Assembly: GCA_016839585.1 (NCBI GenBank)
Contig: JAEOTZ010000029.1
Span: 1 to 38,275 of the forward strand
Reading direction: 5' to 3'
Length of the DNA: 38,275 bases
Source of the DNA: Promethearchaeota archaeon
Lineage (GTDB): Archaea > Asgardarchaeota > Lokiarchaeia > Sigyniarchaeales > SOKP01
Shown here: positions 29,457 through 38,275 of the stretch, piece after piece
Layout: each line of letters starts with the position of its first letter
Numbering within the stretch: position 1 is the stretch's first letter
The notes under the pieces: generated by a model
Told to the model about the DNA's origin: nothing
The model's database searches: none
Seen by the model: only the letters and a program-made list of their open reading frames with translations
Made by a program: the position numbers and the translations under genes

Positions 29457-29512
29457 ATTTATAATTTTCCTAATATTTCTAATTATTAATAATTTATTAC
29501 TTAAAATTGAAT
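29457..29512 (+). repeat. 56-bp intergenic direct repeat, copy 2
   Basis: atttataattttcctaatatttctaattattaataatttattacttaaaattgaat; 3 mismatches to 22187..22242. Confidence 0.85.
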
Positions 29513-29588
29513 CAAAATAAAAAAATAAGGTATAAACTAAGTATCAATAAAGAAAAAAGATTTAAATAACTAGTCTGACAAAATCTTT

Positions 29589-31244
29589 TTATTTTCTTCT
29601 TGTAAGTTTCTTTAAAACATTTAAAGTTTTAAGCATAATTCTATTTAAGAATTTATCCTTACTTAATAAAGACTCAAAATATTCAATATCAGGTGATTTT
29701 ACAATTCCAAAAGCTAGATTCATTAATATAAAGAGTGCAAAGAATACTATAATAGAAAAGAAGTCAAGATTTATGAAGAATGTTAACCCTAAACCATCTA
29801 AAATTGTCCTGCTGATTTCCTTTAGTATTAAATTCCCCAAAATTACCGTAATAACTAAAGGGATAAAAAAAGTTAAGTATTGCAATATAATCCTTTTAAT
29901 ATTTATTTTAATATTTCCAATTTTGTAAATTGAGTAAACTTGTATTATTAATGATATTATATTTCCGATTATTAAACCAAAGATTATTGCACCCTCAATC
30001 CCGCCATAGATTAAACCGATAAAAAACAATGGTATAGAATACGTCGTATAGAGCATATTTAATAGAAATGACATTTTTACTTTATTCTGGGCGTTTAAAA
30101 GCGATAGGACAAAGATTTTGAATATTTGAAAAATTGCCGCAAGAACAAATAATTTAAGAATATTTGAAAAAATTATACGAGATTCGAGAAAAACAAAATC
30201 TAAGAAAAAGTCTACACTAAAAAATAGAATTCCAGATAAAATTAATAATAAGAATAATGTAATCCTATTCGCAATCTTAAAAATTTTAACAAGTTGGTAA
30301 TAATCCTTTTTTGTACTCAAACTTGTAAAAGAAGTCATTAAAGGAAAATAAAAAGATCCTACTGACACTTGCCCGATATTACTGTAATTTAAGGCGATAT
30401 TAAATCCAGTAACTGCTCCTGCCGATTCAAAGAATCCAATACTTTGTAGTTGTACTTCTCTCCAACCCTTTGCAATAAGATTAGAAAAAGTTGAATAACC
30501 ACCATATTTCACACTTTTCAAAATATCTTTTTTAAATGGTTCTATCTCATTCCCTACCGGCTTAATTCTAATTACTTTTATCAAAACATATAAAAACTTT
30601 AAAATAAATGGAATTAAGGAAGAAATCATGACAATCAAGGCTATAGTACCAATATTAATATTAATATCAAAAATATAGTAAATTAATAAAGGGCAAATAT
30701 GAAAAGCATTTTTTATGAGCAATATTAGAAAAAGAAAATTAAATTTACTAAAACCTCTATTTATAGCATCTAAAAGAGAGCCTAAACTATTGAAAAAAAT
30801 AGTTGGAGATAAGATAAATAAAATAGATACATTATCTTCCAAATTAATTGCAAATAAATCTTCAAAAATAGTGAAAAAAACGATGCTTATTAGAAGAATA
30901 ATTATTATAAATAATGATTTTATAATTAGTGTATTTTTAATTAATGCCTTGATTTTTTTTTTCTCATTTAAGGCAAGATATCTTGGAATATAATAATTTA
31001 AGGCATCACTCAGTCCTGGTGGTAATAAGGTTATAATAATATCAATAATTGTTATATATGAGGTTGCTAATATTAGAAAGTCCCAAGTTCTATTTGAAAT
31101 TAATCGTGCTAAAATAAAAGAATATATTAATGTGAAAAAAAAGGATCCATAATTTATTAAATAAGAGTAAAATGTATTTGTAGCTAATCTTTTGTACTCT
31201 TTATTATTTTTTAATTGATTATTTTCATGGTTATTATTTACCAT
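29589..31244 (-). CDS. Second Wzx/MurJ-like (MOP) oligosaccharide flippase, divergent from 3707..5038
   Basis: LATNTFYSY, ILARLIS, GLSDALNYYIPRY, AVTGFNIA, YGGIEGA; about 14 hydrophobic segments. Confidence 0.8.
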   Translation of the reverse strand: MVNNNHENNQLKNNKEYKRLATNTFYSYLINYGSFFFTLIYSFILARLISNRTWDFLILATSYITIIDIIITLLPPGLSDALNYYIPRYLALNEKKKIKALIKNTLIIKSLFIIIILLISIVFFTIFEDLFAINLEDNVSILFILSPTIFFNSLGSLLDAINRGFSKFNFLFLILLIKNAFHICPLLIYYIFDININIGTIALIVMISSLIPFILKFLYVLIKVIRIKPVGNEIEPFKKDILKSVKYGGYSTFSNLIAKGWREVQLQSIGFFESAGAVTGFNIALNYSNIGQVSVGSFYFPLMTSFTSLSTKKDYYQLVKIFKIANRITLFLLLILSGILFFSVDFFLDFVFLESRIIFSNILKLFVLAAIFQIFKIFVLSLLNAQNKVKMSFLLNMLYTTYSIPLFFIGLIYGGIEGAIIFGLIIGNIISLIIQVYSIYKIGNIKINIKRIILQYLTFFIPLVITVILGNLILKEISRTILDGLGLTFFINLDFFSIIVFFALFILMNLAFGIVKSPDIEYFESLLSKDKFLNRIMLKTLNVLKKLTRRK

Positions 31245-31552
31245 TATACAGAAAACATTTCAATGATAATATTAAATTAAAAAAAAAAATAATGAATTTC
31301 AAATTAATTTTATGATTTAAGATTATTCTTTTTGTTTAGAAATTATAAATTAATACTTTCACTATGATTTATTAGTAAAATTGTTTAAATTTTGATTAGG
31401 TTAATTTTATTCTGTCCTTTTATTGTCAAGAGATATTCATTAAATTTTTAACCTTATAAAAATTATTCCACACGCATAGCATATTTGTAGTTTTTACTAT
31501 TTCAATAAAAATGTATAGAAAGAGCATTATAAAATAGTCTGATGGTGTTCGG

Positions 31553-33058
31553 ATGAATATTTTCTGGATTGTGACCGATTCGATATGTAGCTATGAAAGA
31601 TCTGATCTGCATAGTTTACTTCCAATCTACAAAAAATTAAAAAAAAATAAAGAAGGTTTCTTTTTTAAAGACGCATTATCTCAGTTCACATCAACAAATT
31701 TATCTATTTTTTCATTTTTAACAGGTAGATTTCCTTATTATATATTTCCTGATTATTACCCTTCAATCAAATTTCTTCCAAGTTATAAATATAAAAATAA
31801 TATCATCCCATTGAAGAAAAAAAATTATAAGATTCAAGCAATTATGCACTCGAAAGAAGCAGTCGATGTTTTTAAGGATATTCTTAATCCATATTATGTG
31901 AATAATATGTATCATGGAGATCATTTGTTAGATAGTAAAGAAGTTTACCATTTTTTAGCTGAAAAAATTAATGAACTCGATATAAATGAGAACAATTTCA
32001 TATATGTACATTTCAGACCAACTGATCCTGAAACAAATTCATACATGAATAAAATAGTTTATTTATTAAAGGAGATGGGTTTTTGGGAAAAATCCATCAT
32101 TATTATTAATTCTGATCATGGTTATTATGATAAGTCAATTTATAAAAAGATAAATTTAATACATTTTAATGATATTCACCAAACCTCATTATTATCAGCT
32201 TTATTTATAAAATTACCCCCCAATTTAACATCTAAAATCCCAAGAACTATTAAAAAAAGAGTTTATTTAATGGATATTATGGAAACAGTTCTTGATTATC
32301 TTAATATTAAAGCAGATCATGAGAGAGAATCAATTTCTTTTAAAGAATTAATAGAAAAAGATATAGATATTAATAAAAACAGAAAAATTAGAGGAGATTG
32401 TTATTTAATGTTTCAACCAATTAAAAAAACCACGATAATCAAAGATAATTGGAAGCTTTTTAATAATAACGGAAAATTTGCCTTGTATAATCTTAATGAA
32501 GATAATCTAGAAAAAAAAGATGTAAAAAAAAAATATCCTAAGATTTATACCGAACTGTATCAATTTTATTTGGAGACAGAATTGAAAGCTTATAAAATAT
32601 TTAAATCAACCCTAAATACACTTTATAATCATAATAATTTGACTTTACTAGAATATGAGAATATTTTAGTTCCTCATCAATTTCCTCCACAACTAGCAAA
32701 TTATTTAAAAGAAAAGTTAAAGATAAAGAATAAAATAGTGAAACCATCTGAAATCGGTATCTCAAATTCAATCAAAAATCAAAGCTTGATTACAATTCTA
32801 TTTTTTAATAGATTAACTGGTTATAGATTAAAAAAACTGCAAAGAAAATACAGAAAATATACAAAAAAATTCATAATTTTAGATACAGCATTATCTGATG
32901 TATCAGATCAAATAAATAATACTGGTTATATGAAATTTGTTATTAGATCATTAATTACCCGAAAAAAACAGTTGTTTCAAAGATGGAAAGAGATACTAGT
33001 ATGGACTTTATATTTTCCACTTTATTTCAATAAATTTATGAAAAAATACTATAATTAA
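31553..33058 (+). CDS. Alkaline phosphatase/sulfatase-superfamily protein with Thr at the nucleophile position
   Basis: MNIFWIVTDS (metal Asp9), T48-NLSIFSFLTGRFP aligned to CxPSRxxLLTG, YVHF, INSDHG, WKL...ALYNLNED.LE. Confidence 0.75.
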   Translation: MNIFWIVTDSICSYERSDLHSLLPIYKKLKKNKEGFFFKDALSQFTSTNLSIFSFLTGRFPYYIFPDYYPSIKFLPSYKYKNNIIPLKKKNYKIQAIMHSKEAVDVFKDILNPYYVNNMYHGDHLLDSKEVYHFLAEKINELDINENNFIYVHFRPTDPETNSYMNKIVYLLKEMGFWEKSIIIINSDHGYYDKSIYKKINLIHFNDIHQTSLLSALFIKLPPNLTSKIPRTIKKRVYLMDIMETVLDYLNIKADHERESISFKELIEKDIDINKNRKIRGDCYLMFQPIKKTTIIKDNWKLFNNNGKFALYNLNEDNLEKKDVKKKYPKIYTELYQFYLETELKAYKIFKSTLNTLYNHNNLTLLEYENILVPHQFPPQLANYLKEKLKIKNKIVKPSEIGISNSIKNQSLITILFFNRLTGYRLKKLQRKYRKYTKKFIILDTALSDVSDQINNTGYMKFVIRSLITRKKQLFQRWKEILVWTLYFPLYFNKFMKKYYN

Positions 33059-33211
33059 TTTAATATTTTATTCAAGAGAATATGTTTAAGAATAGAAATT
33101 TTTAATGCCTTAATCGAAATAATTTAAAGATTGAAAGAAGTAATCCTATTAAATCCCGTTGATATAAATTCAAATAAACTCATCATTAAGAAATCCAAAA
33201 AAAATTTAATA

Positions 33212-33217
33212 TTTAAA
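33212..33217 (+). promoter_or_regulatory. Candidate TATA box (TTTAAA) of the phosphonate operon, leaderless spacing
   Basis: Lies 23-28 nt upstream of the pepM ATG (33240), preceded by an A-rich tract; weak because of the AT-rich background. Confidence 0.3.
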
Positions 33218-33239
33218 GCACTTATTTTTAATAGATCTT

Positions 33240-34931
33240 ATGAGCTTAAAAAATCGAATTTCACCTGAAGATAGAAGGAAATCCTTAAAAAATTTACTTA
33301 AAGAAAAAGATTTTATAAGAGCTATTGAAGCTCATAATGGTTTAAGTGCAATAATTGCTAATGATATTAAAGAAAAAGTAAGAAACGAAATTATTGAATT
33401 TGATGCCATTTGGGAAAGTAGTTTAACGGATAGTGCCACAAAGGGCTATCCAGATGCTGAAATAATAGGACCAGAATCTAGATATGAAACGATACGCCAA
33501 ATTTTACATAGCTCTCATAAACCATTAATAGTAGATGGAGATACTGGCGGAGAAGCAACAAATTTTGAATATTTTGTGAAAAATTTGGAAGATTTTGGTG
33601 TTTCAATGGTTATTATTGAAGATAAAAAATTTCCAAAAAGAAATAGTTTGGAAGCGGGGGCAATACAAATCCAAGAAGATCCAGATATTTTTTCGATAAA
33701 GATTAAAAGAGGTAAAAGTGTTTTATTATCGCAGGATTTTATGATAGCAGCTAGAATAGAAAGTCTTATTTCTGGAGCAGGAATAGAAGATGCCTTATTT
33801 AGAGCTAGAAAATATTTAATGGCTGGTGCTGATGCGATAATGATCCATTCAAAGGATTCAAAACCTAATGACATTTTTAAGTTTGCTGAGGAATATAATA
33901 AGTTAAGCTCTGAATTAGGTTTTAGAAAGCCATTAATATGTGTTCCTACTACATATAATACCATTACGGAAGACCAATTAAAAGAACATGGCTTTAATAT
34001 TGTGATATATGCAAATCATCTTTTACGATCATGTCATAAAGCTATGAAAGAAACAGCCTCTTTAATTTTGAGGAGTCAAAGATGTTTTGAGGCAGAACCT
34101 ATGTGCAGTTCTGTTAATACTATTTTTAAAGATGTAGGTTTTCTTGAAGTAAAAGAAAAAGATATGAAATATTCTAAAGGAAAAACACGTGTAATCATAC
34201 CCGCAGCAGGTAAAGAACCAATTTTCAAAATTCCTAAATCAATGATAAAAATTAATGGAAAACCAATTCTTCAAAGACAAATAGAAACTTTAAATAGCTG
34301 CGGTATTTATAACATTACTGTTGTTAGGGGATTTAAAAAAGAACTTATTGATATTCCAGGAGTTAAATATATTGATAATGAGTATTATGAAGATTATGGA
34401 TTATTATATTCTTTATTTAGAGCAGAAAGTGAAATGGAAGGGGGATTTATCTATATAAATTCAGATATATTGTTTGATAGACATATCATAAATTCTCTTT
34501 TAGAATCTAAAAAGGATATTGTTTTGGTTGTTGATAATTCTTATGCTTACCATAAACATGAGATTGACAAAAGATTAGATCTAGTTATGACATTGAATAA
34601 GCCATCTGACCAAAGGAGATTATTATATTCTCGAGATAATGAAGTAATAAGAATTGGTAAGAATATAGATAAAAGTATGGCAGACTATGAATACATAGGG
34701 ATTGCTTATTTTTCTGAATATGGTATTGATATAGTAAAAAAAATATTTCATGATTGTAGTTCTAATAATAGAGGATGTTTTCATGCTGTTTCTATTGAGA
34801 AAGCTACTTTTAATGATTTTATTCAAGAAATAATTGATCGTGGTTTTAAGGTTCATAATCTAGAGATACATAAAGGATGGATAGAGATTCATAATAAAAA
34901 AGATCTTGAACTGGCTGAAAAGCTAATTTAA
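33240..34931 (+). CDS. pepM: Phosphoenolpyruvate mutase fused to a C-terminal NTP-transferase (LicC/PntC-like) domain
   Basis: PEP mutase signature EDKxxxxxNS (EDKKFPKRNS, 33618-33647), EAHNGLSA, WESSLTDS, DGDTG, IYANHLLR. From about 34191: VIIPAAG..PKSMIKINGKPIL...SDILF...GWIEIH. Confidence 0.95.
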   Translation: MSLKNRISPEDRRKSLKNLLKEKDFIRAIEAHNGLSAIIANDIKEKVRNEIIEFDAIWESSLTDSATKGYPDAEIIGPESRYETIRQILHSSHKPLIVDGDTGGEATNFEYFVKNLEDFGVSMVIIEDKKFPKRNSLEAGAIQIQEDPDIFSIKIKRGKSVLLSQDFMIAARIESLISGAGIEDALFRARKYLMAGADAIMIHSKDSKPNDIFKFAEEYNKLSSELGFRKPLICVPTTYNTITEDQLKEHGFNIVIYANHLLRSCHKAMKETASLILRSQRCFEAEPMCSSVNTIFKDVGFLEVKEKDMKYSKGKTRVIIPAAGKEPIFKIPKSMIKINGKPILQRQIETLNSCGIYNITVVRGFKKELIDIPGVKYIDNEYYEDYGLLYSLFRAESEMEGGFIYINSDILFDRHIINSLLESKKDIVLVVDNSYAYHKHEIDKRLDLVMTLNKPSDQRRLLYSRDNEVIRIGKNIDKSMADYEYIGIAYFSEYGIDIVKKIFHDCSSNNRGCFHAVSIEKATFNDFIQEIIDRGFKVHNLEIHKGWIEIHNKKDLELAEKLI

Positions 34932-34958
34932 CTATTTTTCGAAAAGTGGAATAATGAA

Positions 34959-36095
34959 ATGATTGAATTTATTGAAAATGGCTCTATTAAAAATCTTAAA
35001 CGCATTTTAAAAGAAAATAACTTTGAAAATATTTTTTACATTACAGGTAATTCACCTTTAGAACAAGGTAATGTTGATAAAATCCAATTTATAATTGAGA
35101 ATGAATGTAAATTTTTTCATTTTAATGATATTGCACCTACACCAACAGTAGAAGGTATTAAAAAGGCACTAAATTTATTTAAGAAAGGTAATTATGATTT
35201 AATTTTAGCTATGGGAGGGGGGTCTGTTTTAGATATTGGTAAAAGTGTATCAATTTTTTCTACTAATAAAGGAGAAATTAAAGATTTTCTTTTAAAGAAA
35301 CTAAAAATTAAAAGAAAAGGTACTCCATTAATATTAATTCCAACTACAGCAGGAACGGGTAGTGAGGCTACTCATTTCGCCGTTATCTTTATCGAAAAAA
35401 CAAAATATTCTTTAGCAGATCCTAAAATTTTACATGCGGATTATGCAATCGTAGACCCTGAATTAACATATAGTCTCCCTAAGAGAGTTACTGCTTATAC
35501 AGGTATGGATGCATTAAGTCAGGGAATAGAATCTTATTGGAATATCAATTCTACAGATGAATCAAAAGAATATGCAAAAAAAGCAATAGAGCTTGTTATG
35601 AATAATTTATTAAAAGCTGTTCATAATCCTAATGAAGAATCTAGATACAACATGGCACTTGCCGCTAATTATGCTGGAAAAGCTATAAATATAACAAAAA
35701 CAACAGCATGTCATGCCATTTCGTATCCTATTACCTCATGTTTTAATGTACCTCATGGCCATGCAGTAGCTTTAACTTTACCTTCTATGATTGTCTTTAA
35801 TTCGAGAGTTAATGAAAATGATGTATTAGATACACGTGGAGTTGAATACGTAAAAAATATTATGAGTAAATTAGTCTCTATAATAGGTGTTTCTAGTTTT
35901 ATTGAAACAAAAGAAAAAATCAAAAATTTAATGGTAGATATTGAATTAGAAATAAAATTACAGGATTTGGGAATAAAATCTCAAGAAGATATTGAAATAA
36001 TTATAAAAAATGGTTTTAATCCTGATAGAGTTAAAAATAATCCGAGATTATTAACAGAAACTCAGTTAAGAAAGATTTTAGAAGAAATAAGATGA
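34959..36095 (+). CDS. Fe-containing (group III) alcohol dehydrogenase; probable phosphonoacetaldehyde reductase (PhpC-like)
   Basis: GGGSVLD, IPTTAGTGSEAT, DALSQGIES, TTACHAISY, PHGHAV; located between pepM and ppd. Confidence 0.88.
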   Translation: MIEFIENGSIKNLKRILKENNFENIFYITGNSPLEQGNVDKIQFIIENECKFFHFNDIAPTPTVEGIKKALNLFKKGNYDLILAMGGGSVLDIGKSVSIFSTNKGEIKDFLLKKLKIKRKGTPLILIPTTAGTGSEATHFAVIFIEKTKYSLADPKILHADYAIVDPELTYSLPKRVTAYTGMDALSQGIESYWNINSTDESKEYAKKAIELVMNNLLKAVHNPNEESRYNMALAANYAGKAINITKTTACHAISYPITSCFNVPHGHAVALTLPSMIVFNSRVNENDVLDTRGVEYVKNIMSKLVSIIGVSSFIETKEKIKNLMVDIELEIKLQDLGIKSQEDIEIIIKNGFNPDRVKNNPRLLTETQLRKILEEIR

Positions 36096-36808
36096 AAGTT
36101 ATATTATTAAATGCGGGGATAGGTAAAAGGTTAGCCCCTTTAACCAACAATTTGCCAAAATGCCTTGTAAAAATAAGTAATAATGAAACAATTTTAGATC
36201 ATCAATTAAAAAATATTCTTAAGTATGGATTTAAAGATTTTATCATTCCAACAGGTCCGTTTGAGGAGAAAATTAAAAATCATATTATAGAACATTATCC
36301 TTCAATTAACGTTCAATATATTAATAATCCACTTCATGACAAAACAAATTATATATATTCCATATATTTAGTAAAAGACATGATTAATGATGATGTTTTG
36401 TATTCTCATGGGGATTTAATATTTTCTGGAAATTTAGTAAAATTATTACTTAAATCGAGTTATAAAAATTGTGTATTAGTTAATAAAGAAATTCCACCTC
36501 CAGTAAAAGACTTTAAAGCAATTATATTAAATGATAGGATAAGTAAGATTGGAGTTAATTTGTTTGGACCAAATACAGCATTCTTAGCCCCATTATACAA
36601 ACTAACTAAGGAATTTATGTTAAGTTGGCTTAATCAAATAGAGAAATTTATAAATGATAACAAAGTAAATTATTATGCTGAAGATGCTTTAAATGAAATT
36701 CTGGATACTCTTGTTCTAAAACCTTGTTATTATAATGAATTCTGTGTCGAAATTGATGATTATGAAGATTTAGAAGGAGTAAAAAATTATTTTAATAATA
36801 ATAAGTAA
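36092..36808 (+). CDS. Phosphocholine/phosphonate cytidylyltransferase-like NTP transferase (LicC/PntC family)
   Basis: LLNAGIGKRLAPLTNNLPKCL, TNYIYS, HGDLIF, EIDDYEDL; ATGA overlap with the upstream stop indicates translational coupling. Confidence 0.85.
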   Translation: MKVILLNAGIGKRLAPLTNNLPKCLVKISNNETILDHQLKNILKYGFKDFIIPTGPFEEKIKNHIIEHYPSINVQYINNPLHDKTNYIYSIYLVKDMINDDVLYSHGDLIFSGNLVKLLLKSSYKNCVLVNKEIPPPVKDFKAIILNDRISKIGVNLFGPNTAFLAPLYKLTKEFMLSWLNQIEKFINDNKVNYYAEDALNEILDTLVLKPCYYNEFCVEIDDYEDLEGVKNYFNNNK

Positions 36809-36831
36809 AATAGTAGTTAATATAGGATAAA

Positions 36832-37968
36832 ATGATTTCTTGCGAAAATTTTTTTGAAATTCTAAAAATTAATAATTTTACATTCTTTACAGGAATTCCA
36901 GACTCAACTTTTAAAGATTTGATGAAATTCTTAGCTGATAATGAAAGTAAAGATCTAAGAAATATTGTTGCATGTAATGAATGCGAAGCTATTGCATTAG
37001 CATCTGGTTATCATTTAGCAACTAATAGAGTAGGAATTGTATATATGCAGAATTCCGGACTCGGAAAGGCAGTCAATCCTTTAACATCCTTATGTGATCC
37101 TGATGTATATTCAATTCCTATTCTTTTAATGATAGGATGGCGTGGTGAACCTGGAAAAATTGATGCTCCTCAACATAAAAAAATGGGAAAGATTACATTA
37201 CCATTATTGGACACACTCCAAATACCTTATATCGTATTGGAACCAGATTTGAGTGTGGTTAAAAAAGAACTTACTAAAGCATTAAATTATTTCAATAAAA
37301 ATAAGGGTCCTTACGCTTTTGTTTTTCGAAGAGGTTTCTTTAAAGATTATGAAATGAGATTTAAGCAATTAAATAACTATAGTCTAACCACAAAAGAAGT
37401 AATTCAATTGATTATGGATAATTTGAACAACGATGAAATCATTGTTTCAAATACAGGTTATATTACACGAGAGCTATATGAATATAGAGAATCAAGAAAT
37501 AAAGATCATCATAAAAGTTTTTATAATATTGGATCTATGGGGTGTGCTAGCTCGATAGGATTAAGTATAGCGCTACACAAACCAAAAAATAGAGTTATAG
37601 TATTTGATGGAGATGGTGCAGCTATTATGCAAATGGGTGCTTTTACAACAATAGGAAAAAATTCACCTTCTAACTTTGTCCATATTATTTTAGATAATGA
37701 AGCTCATGAATCTACTGGTGGTCAACCAACTAATTCATCTAATGTTGACTTTGTTAATGTAGCTTTAGCATCAAATTATAAATGGGTTGTTCGAGTTGAA
37801 ACCACAGAAGATTTATTAAAATCGATTGATAAAATTAAAAACCGAAAGGGACCAATCTTAGTATTAATAAAAATCAAAATTTATTCTAGATCAGAATTAA
37901 AAAGACCAAGTAAAAGTCCAAAAGAGTATAAAGAAGGATTTATGAGATACTTAAATGATTTAGATTAA
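36832..37968 (+). CDS. ppd: Phosphonopyruvate decarboxylase (single-chain, ThDP-dependent)
   Basis: FFTGIPDS, YMQNSGLG..VNPLTSL, GWRGEPG..D.PQH..MG, TGYITREL, GSMG, DGDGAAIMQMG...DN..HESTGGQ. Confidence 0.93.
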   Translation: MISCENFFEILKINNFTFFTGIPDSTFKDLMKFLADNESKDLRNIVACNECEAIALASGYHLATNRVGIVYMQNSGLGKAVNPLTSLCDPDVYSIPILLMIGWRGEPGKIDAPQHKKMGKITLPLLDTLQIPYIVLEPDLSVVKKELTKALNYFNKNKGPYAFVFRRGFFKDYEMRFKQLNNYSLTTKEVIQLIMDNLNNDEIIVSNTGYITRELYEYRESRNKDHHKSFYNIGSMGCASSIGLSIALHKPKNRVIVFDGDGAAIMQMGAFTTIGKNSPSNFVHIILDNEAHESTGGQPTNSSNVDFVNVALASNYKWVVRVETTEDLLKSIDKIKNRKGPILVLIKIKIYSRSELKRPSKSPKEYKEGFMRYLNDLD

Positions 37969-38089
37969 GGAACTTAATATTTACCTATAAAAATTTATTT
38001 TTTATGAACATTTTTATATGATATGAAATTTTTTATGATAAAATATAATTTAATAAAAAAATAAGATTTTTTTAATAAAAAGTAAATAA

Positions 38090-38275
<186 letters not shown>

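Noticed and set aside
792-34856. Short ORFs in the track that overlap longer genes (792, 2756, 10837, 11203, 18188, 19119, 22867, 24923, 29208, 30715, 33515, 34623)
   Set aside because: They are antisense or out-of-frame shadows of well-supported genes, with no motifs.
33240-37968. Methylphosphonate, AEP or phosphonate-antibiotic pathway; or PepM as isocitrate lyase/phosphonopyruvate hydrolase
   Set aside because: No MpnS/HEPD, PLP transaminase or NRPS/ATP-grasp gene is in the window. The EDKxxxxxNS motif plus the adjacent ppd supports a biosynthetic PEP mutase. Genes outside the window cannot be excluded.
37995-38045. Repeated tttttatga-like words after ppd as a CRISPR or regulatory array
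   Set aside because: Low-complexity, irregularly spaced and without spacers; at most T-rich archaeal terminator sequence.

Overview
Very AT-rich, archaeal-looking window. An Asgard/Lokiarchaeia origin is inferred from the ubiquitin-system-like gene, the GT-C/Dol-P-synthase-type glycosylation genes and TATA-like promoters, but is not proven. Most of the window (2.7-38.3 kb) is a large surface-glycan locus. It has about 7 GT4 and 4 GT2 glycosyltransferases, several GT-C-like polytopic membrane proteins, two Wzx-type flippases, WecB, two SDR sugar epimerases and an HprK-related kinase. At the right end is a phosphonate pathway: PEP mutase fused to a nucleotidyltransferase domain, an Fe-dependent phosphonoacetaldehyde reductase, a stand-alone nucleotidyltransferase and phosphonopyruvate decarboxylase. 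It is preceded by an alkaline-phosphatase-superfamily protein with Thr at the nucleophile position. This predicts a 2-hydroxyethylphosphonate-decorated surface glycan. At the left end is a 583-aa protein with four catalytically inactive E2/UEV/RWD-like repeats and a C-terminal C4HC3 RING-type finger, a FANCL-like E3 architecture. In the middle, a ~1.5-kb GC-richer segment carries an intact methyltransferase plus sulfotransferase-like and possible GNAT-like remnants, and sits between a truncated asnB-like gene and a 5'-truncated GT-C gene. A 56-bp non-coding direct repeat brackets a 7.3-kb block. No rRNA, tRNA, CRISPR array or transposase was seen. All calls rest on motif recognition by eye; no searches were run.
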